64,000 bases of DNA, taken from the NCBI RefSeq assembly GCF_009914755.1, contig NC_060948.1. One strand, 5' to 3'. Of the stretch, positions 48,802-64,000 are shown in pieces. Origin of the DNA: the human T2T-CHM13v2.0 reference genome, Homo sapiens. How positions within the stretch are numbered: the first letter of the stretch is position 1; each line of letters begins with the position of its first letter. Below the pieces are notes generated by a model, which was not told where the DNA came from, made no database searches, and worked only from the letters and a program-made list of their open reading frames with translations. Both the position numbers and the translations under genes were made by a program.

Positions 48802-50346
48802 TGAGATCTCTATTGTACAGAGTGTGAGTCCAGAAATTTTCTTGGAGAAAGTCGGTCTTCAGTTGGGCTTAACATGATGGAGTTTAGCAGAAAATAAGGA
48901 GAGGGAAGAACATCAAGCTGGCAATTATGTGGGAAGGATATAGAGCTAGGTATGCACAGGACATATTTCTAAGAGAGGGAGAGAGAAGGCTGGCATTTTG
49001 GGGTAGAGAAACCTATTTGAATCATTTTATACTTTGACCACATATTTTGAAAAATGGATCTCTCCCTCTCATGCCTTCATTTGTTTTTACGTTTGCATTG
49101 AAATATCATCCACCTCAACTCATTTTCACCTTGTATTTCAAATAAATAAAGTCATAAATGAAATATTTTAGTAAGTGAGGAAATTTTCACACACAAAAAC
49201 CCAATATACTGGTAATTGTAAATTTCAGCAATAAAAATTAGTTTATACACACTACCCTAAATAAGCCATAGATACTGAGACATAAGGTACGGTCCTCACC
49301 CTGGAATAGGCTATTATCCCTCTAAGAAGTGTAAAAATCCACATGTATGTGTGATTATATCAGGGGCTACTGTCTGGTGATAGTGGTAAGGTAGTTCAAA
49401 GAAGGAGAGACCACTTCATGCTGTGGGGATTATCACAGGTAGCAATGGAATGGATGAATTTTGAAAGTTGGATAGAGTTGCTGCAGATGGCCATGGTGGG
49501 GTGGGGGATATCAGTGAAAAGAGTCAGAAAGAAATAAAGATGAGAAGGTGAGAACACACACTTGTCTTTGTTTTCATAACCTGTTTGCTATTAAGCCTTT
49601 TTCAGAGTGTTGGTAAGGCCAATAGTTACAAATATCATGGCACAAACTAGTGAAGGGGACTCAAGGTGAAAGGCTTTACTTTCCTGATATGTATTAGGGA
49701 GCACCTGAAGATAGGGCAGACTCTAAATCAAAGTAAGACTGGAGTTAAATGGGGCCAGGAGAAGAGAAAACTCCATGATCCTGCAGCCTAGCCCAGGTAG
49801 CAGTGTGGTAAAACTTGCCATTGGAATGATTGGTGATTGTTACCGTTTTTCATGCCCTTTAATTGGAATTGCTGACAGGATCTTGTTCTCAAAACTGTCG
49901 GAAGCATTCTTCTGAGAATAGTTTTTGTGAACCTTGCAAGTTCAGAAGAGGGCAAGGTAGTAGAAATAAAGAAAAAGGGAAAAAGAGAAAGGAAAAAAAG
50001 GGAAAATATTCAAGGGTTAAAACAAAATGAACTGGATTCACTTTTAATCCATTTACATGATCTTGTGATGTTTCCATGGACTTGCTTCATGCTTTTAGCT
50101 ATTTTCTACCAATTACACTGGGAGACATGACGGTGTGCAAGTACAGGGAAGACTATTTTCTGATCATTTCTCATTAAAGTGGAAAAGTACTTTTATTTTG
50201 CAAAGAAACTTAAGGTTTGTCAAGTTTTTCTGAGTGATTGAAGCTGACCCTTCTTTTTTAAAAATGTCTTTTGGTCTCATCTGCAATTACTCTAAAGGTC
50301 TTTAGAGACACATAGAAGTGCAGGTTACAGATTTTATTCCCACATC

Positions 50347-50643
50347 TTTGCTCTTTGATGTGGCTCTAAATGGTTAATTGGAATGAGAGAGAACTCCTCT
50401 AGGAAGAAAAAGAAAGTAGAGGTCTTTGTAGACAAAGAGATTCTTTTTGTTCCATTTACCAAATTGGAAGCGAGGGGATTGCTGCTAGAGGTCTTGCTCT
50501 GGCTCAGATGCAAACATTCTTCTCCTACTAATAAGAACTGCTTGATATCAACTTCACTGCATCCTAGTACTCACTGTAGCCATGTAGCATGATAATTAAG
50601 CCCGACACCCCTGTCTCTGCTTCTGGCGCCAAATGTCATGACT
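50347..50643 (+). repeat. Unique-looking 297-bp segment; donor arm of a local inverted repeat
   Basis: Its reverse complement aligns end to end with 52499-52795. Confidence 0.9.
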
Positions 50644-51109
50644 TACATGGGATACAAGACATAAATTAATCCTTATTCTTAATGCAGTCTCCTGTACTTC
50701 ATTTACATAGCCAGAGTATTGTCTCAATCCTGCCCTGTGTCATACTATAGGACTTGATGTAAATCATAGCATTAGATTTGGAAAGAAAACATTTCCCCTG
50801 AAGCGTTTAAGGTCTTAAGCTGAGCCCTTGAGTCAGCAAATAAGTAGTGCTACAAAAATGCCTACAAACAGAGGGGAAAAAACACCACAAATAGAGCTGT
50901 GTCAAGGACAATGCTAGTTTAGGGAAAGCAGGTGATGACAAAAAACCCAGGAAAGTTTGATTGGCATCTCAATGGGTGGATATCACCTCCATGCTGCAGA
51001 TAAACTAATACTTTTGAGTATGTGCTTTGAGCTAGGGCCTTTCCAAGCCTCATTTACTTTTCTGAGTTAACTAGTAAGGCAGAAACAATTACTCCCGTGT
51101 GATGTACTT

Positions 51110-51320
51110 GAGGTAGCATAGCATAATGTCATGAGCTGGCGTTTTGTTAAGTCTCAGGAATAGCTGTCTTCTATGTGTGATGTTGGGCATTTAGTAAAAG
51201 AGAATTAGCAACTGCATCTGCCCTCTCAGGAGCCTATGAAGATCAAATGTAACCCCACATGTAAAGCATTGAACCTCTAGCTCCTTTCAAATGCTCAAAA
51301 TATGCTAATTATTATCGTAC
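51110..51320 (+). mobile_element. MIR fragment
   Basis: GGTAGCATAGCATAATG...TATGTGTGATGTTGGGCA...ATGTAAAGCATTGAAC. Confidence 0.5.
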
Positions 51321-51532
51321 AAAAATCAGTCATGAGGCTTAAAGAAGCATATTTGGTCCAATTTCGCATAACTAACAAGTTCCATGACTACTCTTGACTA
51401 TAAATAACTAATCATAGACTAAATAATTCTGAGCAAAAAATCCCTTTCTTATGCACCTCTGCACACCGGTACAGAGGAACTAAAAGAATCGTTGGCAGAT
51501 TACACCAAACCAGTTTTCTCCACAACGCCTCG

Positions 51533-51534
<2 letters not shown>

Positions 51535-51572
<38 letters not shown>
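51535..51572. repeat. Poly-T, 38 nt
   Basis: Uninterrupted homopolymer. Confidence 0.95.
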
Positions 51573-51580
<8 letters not shown>

Positions 51581-52010
51581 CATCTGAAGATTAATTGTGC
51601 TTCTTGACAGATGCTGTTCAGTCCATGCCCATGGCTAGGAAAGACCAGACCAAAGAATGCTTCTCATCTGAGGCCAAAAGTTGGGCAGGCAACTAGAATC
51701 TGCTCTTGCTAAAGACCCAAATAAGCACCCCTCTGATCTTAGGTCCAGCAACCACAGAGAAAAGATAGTTCATCAACCGCATCACAGATCTTTACAGCTG
51801 GTTCATCCATGCCTTTTACTGTAAATGTAGCAGGATTATAAAATTCAATTTGTAATTCCTGCTGCTCTAGAGGAAGCCTTTGTGTCCATCCTCAAGGCAT
51901 GGTGACTTGACAGTACCCAGGAATGGAAAAAGAATAAAAACGCTACACCTTTTTCTATCGAGAAGAGACACCAACCCGAGATGTTATTAAGAGTTCTAAA
52001 TAGGAAACAG

Positions 52011-52882
52011 TTTATTTTTTTACATTTCTATTTTATTTTAGATTCAGGGAGCACATGTACAGATTTGTTATAAGGATATTTTGCCTGATGCTGATGTTTG
52101 GGCTTCTACCGATCCCATCACCCAGATAGTCAACACAGTACCCTAAAGGAAGGTTTTTCAGCCCATAGCCCACTCCTTCTCTCCCCTGTTTTGAAGTCCT
52201 CAGGGTCTATTGTTACCATCTTTATGTCCATGTGGATCCAGGGGTTAGCTCTCACTTATAAGTGAGAAAATGTGATGTTTGATTTTCTGTTCTGTGCTAA
52301 TTTCTTTAGGACAATGGTCAGCTGCATCCATGTTGCTGCAAAGGACAGGATTTCATTTTTTTTTTTTATGGCGGCACAGTATTCCATGGCGTATATGGAT
52401 TTCTTTCTTTTTCTATTGCTGCACAGTACCTCAGGGTGTATATGCACCACATTTACAAAAATCCAGTCCACCACTGTTGGGCACCTGGGTTGATTCTGAG
52501 TCATGATGTTTGGGACCAGAAGTAGAAAGAGAGGTAGGGGGTAATTGTCATGCTACATGCCTACAATGAGTAATAGGATGCAGTGACGTTGACATCAAGC
52601 AGTGCTTATTAGTAGGAGAAGAATTTATGCATCTGGGCAGAGCAAGACCTCTAGCAGCACTGCCCCCAGCTGCCTGCCAATTTTGTAAATGGAACAAAAA
52701 GAACCTCTGTGTCTACCAATACCTCTATTTTCTTTTCCTTCCTAGAGGAGTTATCTCATTCCAATTGTCCATTTAGAGTCACATCAAAGAGCAAAACTAG
52801 AACTAAAACTAGAACTAAGAATGAAAACTAGAACTCCCATTTGATCCAGAAATCCCATTAATGGGTAGACACCCAAAGGAAA
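52011..52882 (-). mobile_element. Twin-primed L1 (L1PA16/L1PB-like) containing a templated genomic insert
   Basis: Antisense 3' end 52011-52498, non-L1 insert 52499-52795, sense L1 piece about 52796-52882; degenerate TSD AGGAAACAGTTTAT / AGGAAACAATTTCT. Confidence 0.82.
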
Positions 52883-53658
52883 CAATTTCTAAGGGCAAGA
52901 GTTTCTATGTGACCATTCCTTTACGATGAGCCTTTTTATTGGAGTAAAAAAAAAAATTACTCCTTGCCCTTCCCCACCGCCGCCACAAAAAAAATATAGT
53001 GATTTCCAATCAAGATAGCTCAGCATGTCGAACCCCTTCCACTTTAAACAGGCAGCAATGCAGGTAAATGCTATGGAGAAAATTTAGATACAGATAGGAC
53101 AAAGCCAGGGGTCTGATAACAGGTCTCAACATTCACCAAGAGTTTTCTTCTGCTGAAATAACCAAGACTTCATCTTCCTTACCTAGGCGGGAGAATTGGA
53201 ATAGATTTACCCAAATAAATCCAGAGGAAAGCAAGCTGAGAGAAACAGGTTTCTTACGCTGCTTGGAGTTTAGCTTATTTTAAGTGTGTAGGCTTAGGGT
53301 TGAGACACATAACCAGGAACTAAAATATCTACCTCCCTGGCTTAGTGAGAAGAGGATCAGCCATCTTCCTACTCTCATCATGGGCAGGGAATACTGAGCC
53401 TTGATACCTGATGTCCCTTTGGACTGAGGACTCTGGAACGTGGCGAAGGGAGTTAAGGAACCTAAAGACTGGAAGATTTAATGCGTGAAAGTATATTTCC
53501 TTCTTTAAGTGAAGCTGAAAATACAAATTCACAAGCATGTAGAGAAATATAAGAATATAAAGGACAACCAATAAAACCAGTGATTGCAGGATAAATATAG
53601 TCCACAGGAAGCTAAAAAAAATTGGAAATGTATCTAAGATTTTATAATAACAATTATT

Positions 53659-53950
53659 GGCTGGGTGCGGTGGCTCACACCTATAATTCCAGCGCTTTGG
53701 GAGGCTGAGGCAGATGTATCACTTGAGCTCCTGAGTTGGAGACCAGCCTGGGCAAGATGGCGAAACCCCATCTCTACAAAAAACACAAAAAATAGCCAGG
53801 CATGGTGGTATGTGCCTGTAGTTTGAACTTCTCAGGAGTCTGAGTTGGGAGGATGGCTTGAGCCTGGAAGGTGGAGGTTTTAGTGGGCCGAGATCATGCC
53901 ACTGCACTTAAGCCTGAATGGCAGAGCCAGAACCTGTCTCAAATAAATAA
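53659..53950 (+). mobile_element. AluJ
   Basis: Dimer with CACTTGAGCTCC and GGAGGATGGCTTGAGCC. Confidence 0.88.
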
Positions 53951-54011
53951 CCATTGTTTATGTCCAAATGTATATATGAAAGTAGTACATGATTAAAACA
54001 AAAAGACGAGA

Positions 54012-54307
54012 GGCCTGGCACAGTGGCTCATGCTTGTAATCCCGCACTTTGAGAAGCTGAGGCATGAGGATTGCTTGAGGTCAGGAGTTTGAGACCAGCC
54101 TAGATAACATAGGAGACCCCGCCCCTAAATAAAGAAAAGTAAATCAGCCAGATACAGTGGTGCGTGCCTATAGTCCCAGCTACTTGGGAGGCTGAGGTGG
54201 GAGGATCACTTGAGCTCAGCAGTTCAAGGCTGCAGTGAGACATGAGACCTGATCATGTCACTGCACTCTAGCCTGGGTGACAAAAGAGTGAGACCCTGTG
54301 TCTAAAA

Positions 54308-54346
<39 letters not shown>
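54012..54346 (+). mobile_element. AluJ with a pure A36 tail
   Basis: GGAGGATCACTTGAGCTCAGCAGTTCAAGGCTGCAGTG; A-run at 54311-54346. Confidence 0.9.
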
Positions 54347-54350
<4 letters not shown>

Positions 54351-55038
54351 CTGGGGGGCCAGACATGGAATAAAGATGGATTTTAAGAAGACACCACTGG
54401 AAATATTGAATATAAACAATATATTCTTTATAGCAATAATAATTTTTTTTAAAAAAACTATGCAAGTACTAAACTGGGCAAATCCAAATACAGAATTTGT
54501 GACCAGGATAGAAGTGTGCAAAAATTACTCAGAGCCTAGCACTGTGGTAGAATAAAATAAAAAATATGAAAGAGGAGTTAAGCAATCTGGAGAATAGACA
54601 GAAAAACTACCACATACATTTAGTTAAAGTTCCAGAAGAAAATAAACATTTTAGGAAATGATAACTGGTTACTATATCAAAATTAAGAAAAGCAAAATCA
54701 GTTCAGTCAAAACTGCAATCAACTATCAAGCAGGATAAGTAAAAAACAACTAAATCCTAGACAATCATGGTGAAACTGCACAATATCAAGGATAAAGATC
54801 AAATGACTCAATGTACCAGGTAAAAAGCAGTTTACCTGAAATGAATTGCAATTACAGTGCAGCAGATTTCTAATTTGCAAAAATAATGCCAGAAGGTAAT
54901 GGAAATGGAAAATATACAACTGTCTCCTCTCAGAAATTGTTAGAACAAATATGTGTTTTAAAAAATTACTAAGGGCATACAATATTTGAAAAATATGCTC
55001 AAACAACTTAATTGATGACTTAATTGAATACTCTAGCC

Positions 55039-55388
55039 CAGGGGTCCTCAAACCCCAGGCTGTGGACTGGTCCTGGTCTGTGGCCTGTTACACTGGGCAC
55101 AGCAGGAGGTGAGCAGCCTGCAAGCAAGACTTACTACCTGAGTTCTGTCTCCTGTCAGATCAGTGGTGGCATTAGATTCCCATAGGAGCACAAACCCTAT
55201 TGTGAACTATGCACACCAGAGATCTAGGTTGCACACTCTTTATGATAATTTAAGTAATGCCTGATGATCTGAGGTGGAACAGGTTCATCCTGAAACAATT
55301 TCCCACCCCACCCAACCTCATCCCTGTCTGTGAAAAAATTGTCTTCCATGAAACTGGTCCCTAGTGCCAAAAAGTTTGAGGACCACTG
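55039..55388 (+). mobile_element. MER1B (hAT-Charlie MITE)
   Basis: CAGGGGTCCTCAAACCCC...CCTGTCAGATCAGTGGTGGCATTAGATT...GACCACTG; 8-bp TSD CTCTAGCC/CTCTACAC. Confidence 0.9.
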
Positions 55389-56019
55389 CTCTACACAATA
55401 GTAGAATAGATATTTTTTTCCAAAAAACAAATAAAACATTTATCAAGAGATGCTATGCTCTCAGTAAAAAAGTCTCAATTATTTTAAAATGATTGAAAAT
55501 ATATACAATGTATTCACTGATTTTAAAAAATTAGAAATAAATAACAAAAAGTATCTGGGAAATCCCAATATAAGCAACATGCTGCTAAAAACTTACAAGA
55601 CAAAATAGGAATGACAAGGGAAATTAGAAAATATTTAAAACTGATGATAAAAGACTCAATCCATCAAAATGTGTGAGGTGCAGCTAAAGCATGCTTAGAG
55701 GAAAACTTACAGCATTAATGGCTCAGACTAGAAAATAAGAAACGTCCAAAATCAACAACTGGTGATTTCACTCAAGTAGAAAATAATGACAAATTAAACC
55801 CAAATAAAGTGAAAGACAGTAAATAATAAAGATAATATTAAAAATCATAGAAACAGAAAAAGAACAAATAATGTCAAAATCAACCAAACCAAATGTGGTA
55901 CATTGAAAAAGATTATTAAAATTTATAAACCCTTTAGTTAGACTGATCCAATATGGGGCAAGGGAGGAAGGAAGAGGAAGAGAAGGAGGGAGAGAGAGAA
56001 ATTGAGTGATTTATGGTAT

Positions 56020-61329
<5,310 letters not shown>

Positions 61330-62151
61330 GATTTATGGTATTAAGAAAAGAATGGAAGACATATCTAAAGTTATTACATGATATTAAGGGCATAATATGA
61401 GAAATTCATGCCAACAAAGTTAAACACTTAGATACAATGGACATTAGCAAATTACCAAAACAGATGTTACCAAACCAGAAAAGCCCTGAAATTGAATTTG
61501 TAATTAGAACCTTCTTCCAAAGAAAATTTAAGACCAAAAACCTCATTGATGCATTCTAAGAAAAATCAAGAGAAGAAATAATATGAAACTTTACAAACTC
61601 TTTCAGAAAATAAAAGAGAAAACACTATATCATATATTTTAATAAAAGTGGCATAACTCTAATACCTGAAAAAGACAAGAATTGTTTATGAAATGAAACA
61701 AACACCAAAATCCTTAACAAAATTATATTCAGTATTAATTAAGAATAAAGAAGTAATATATTTGGCAAAGTGAGATTTATTCTTTATTCCACAAATGCAA
61801 GGTTAGTTCAATACTAACAAGATCAATCTGTTTAATTTGTTGTATTATTAATATAAAAGAGAAAAACATAGTAATTTCAGTAGCGGTAGAAAGGGCTTTT
61901 GATAAAATTCAAGACCCAGTTATGATTTTGGAATTTTTATTGTGAAAGACCAAATAGTTTCCAGTAAAACAAGGGATAAAAAGACTATTTGCTCTCATTT
62001 TTATCCAATGTTGTATTGGAGGTCACAGTGCAGTAATGCAACAAATTCTATTATGTAAGGTAAGGTGAGAATATTAAATCGATAGAGGTTAAGATTCCAT
62101 ACTTGCAAATCATGTAGAAAATGCTTAGGTATATAAACAGCTATTAGTCTT

Positions 62152-62605
62152 TGTATTAGTCTGTTCTTGCATTGTATTAGTCTGTTCTTGCATTGCTATA
62201 AAGAAATACCTGAGACTGGGTAATTTATAAAGAAAAGAGTTTTAATTGGCTCATGGTTTGGCAGGTTGTACAGGAAGCATGATGCTGACATCTGCTTGGC
62301 TTCTGGGGAGGCCTCAGGAAACTTACAATCAGAGCATAAGGTGAAGGGTAAGCAGGCTCATCTGACATGGCCGGAGCAGGAGGAAGAGAGAGAGGGAGGG
62401 GAGATGCTATATTCTTCTAAATAACCAGATCTCACAAGAACTCACTATCATGAGAACAGCACCCAGGGGAATGGTGTTAAACCATTAATGAGAACTCTAC
62501 TCCTATGATTTAATCACCACCCACCAGGCTCCACCTCCAACACTGGGGATTACAGTTTGACACGAGATTTAATGTTTCATGGGAACATAGATCCAAACCA
62601 TATCA
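62152..62605 (-). mobile_element. MSTA (MaLR) solo LTR
   Basis: TGTATTAGTCTGTTCTTGCATTGCTATAAAGAAATACCTGAGACTGGG...CCAAACCATATCA; perfect TSD GTCTT at 62147-62151 and 62606-62610. Confidence 0.9.
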
Positions 62606-62610
62606 GTCTT

Positions 62611-62714
62611 TTATTTTTTTATTTTTACATTTAAAATTTTTATTTTTTCATCAGTTTTTGGGGTACAGGTGGTATTTGGTTAAATAAGTAAGCTTTTTAG
62701 TGGTTATTTCTGAG
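62611..62714 (-). mobile_element. Short L1PB/L1MA 3'-terminal fragment
   Basis: T-rich tail followed by TTTTGGGGTACAGGTGGTATTTGGTT...TTTAGTGGTTATTTCTGAG. Confidence 0.65.
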
Positions 62715-62829
62715 CTTAATTAGTGAACTCAGCTTAGATACAGAATACAAGATCAATTACCAGTGTTAGTGCTATCTCAATATACTAGTTATAAACAAAC
62801 AGAATTCTAAAGACCAACATACTATCTAC

Positions 62830-63040
62830 TGGTTACTACAGTCAATAATAATTTAACTGTACATTTTAAAATAACTTATAGAGTATAATTGGATTGTTTG
62901 CAACTCAAAGGATAAATGCTTGAGGGGTGGATATCCCATTCTTCATGATGTGCTTATTTCACATTGCATGCCTATATCAAAACATCTCATATACGCCATG
63001 AATATATACACCTACTGTGTACCCACAAAAATAAAAAAAA
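62830..63040 (+). mobile_element. L1MA (L1MA2/3-like) 3' end
   Basis: TACAGTCAATAATAATTTAA...GGATAAATGCTTGAGGGG...TGTACCCACAAAAATAAAAA; TSD ATACTATCTAC/ATACCATCTAC. Confidence 0.8.
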
Positions 63041-64000
63041 TACCATCTACCATATCTACCATAATATCATAACACATAAAATATTCAGGATAAATTTAAT
63101 AAAAGTTGAGCAAAACCTCTACTCTGAAACTTTAAAATATTTCTAAAGGAAAATAAAGTATACTTAGGTAAATAAAATGATCTATCATGCTCATGGATTA
63201 GAAGACAATTATTAAATCTCATCTTCAACGATTATGCAGAGAGAGACCGCAATTCTAATCATATTTCCAGGAAACGTTGACAACGAATTCCTGAAATTTA
63301 CATGGAATTGCAAAGGACGTAGGACAGCCAAAACAACCCTTGAAAAACAAGAACAAAGAGAAGTCACATTAGCTGTTTTCAAGAGTTGTTATAAAGCTAC
63401 AGCCATCAAGACTGAACCAGGACCGCGTGGAGTCAGCGGCAGGACCTGATAATAGACTCCGGGAACAAAACTGAGTGTTCGGAAACAGACTCACACCCAC
63501 ATATGTACATATGGGGAAACGGAACAGTACCAAAGTAATTTTATGGGGAGAAGGAAAGACCTTCCAAAAAAAAATAATAATGGGGCCGAGATGGAGTAAG
63601 CCATCTGCAACTGCCGTCTGTCAATTACAGTAAAATTTCTGGACAAAATACAAAAAACCAAAATGCAAGCCCTTTAAGGAGCACACAATAGCAAGCACAC
63701 TGGGAACTAAAATCAAAACGTCATTAAGGCCCCATAAGAGGACTGAGTTTCCCATTTTTCCATGCTTGGTCTCCCAGCATTGAGCAGAAGGCAGACCCCG
63801 GCTTGGAATTGAGCAGTGAGTGCTGACAACATCACCTTAGGAGAAACCCCCTGCTTACAGCCAAAGGAAGGGCCTCCCATGCGCCAGAATGTGGAGGGAA
63901 TCCATGTTTCTTCCCCCTTTGCTTCTTCTTGCTCTCCTCTCTCTTGGCTAGTCCAAGTTCAGCAGCTGCACAGCGATGGAGGCGGTGGGGCAACTATAGG

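Noticed and set aside
51827-51865. Short imperfect hairpin GTAGCAGGATTATAAA...TTTGTAATTCCTGCTGC
   Set aside because: Too short for a pre-miRNA call and plausible by chance.
52792-52825. Short direct repeats resembling a CRISPR-like array (also 60611-60644)
   Set aside because: Eukaryotic context, no spacers and no cas genes; these are junction slippage products.

Overview
This is hominoid (human-like) genomic DNA, repeat-rich, with no intact protein-coding gene. The only gene-derived sequence is a terminal exon at 4418 to about 8680. It encodes (R)SHLMHHHPHHYKPSPERY*, the C-terminus of anosmin-1 (ANOS1/KAL1, recalled as RSHLKHRHPHHYKPSPERY), followed by a 3'UTR of about 4.2 kb. Two substitutions (K>M, R>H) and a young L1 just upstream suggest the Y-linked unprocessed pseudogene ANOS2P (KALP) rather than X-linked ANOS1. 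That assignment is an inference from recalled sequence. The rest of the window holds three dead L1PA2/3-type LINE-1s (1-4082 +, 40476-46630 +, 56020-61329 -), older L1s, about 16 Alus, MaLR/ERV LTRs, hAT/Tc-mariner MITEs and microsatellites. Nearly all long ORFs in the track are L1 fragments or simple-repeat artefacts. The most notable unexplained structures are: (i) a 297-bp inverted copy of nearby unique DNA captured at the inversion junction of a twin-primed L1; (ii) an L1 internal deletion with a triplicated junction; (iii) a full-length L1 with no TSD; (iv) rare variants shared between the young L1s; (v) a rise in CpG density at the right end. I found no convincing new gene system. Repeat subfamily calls were made by eye.
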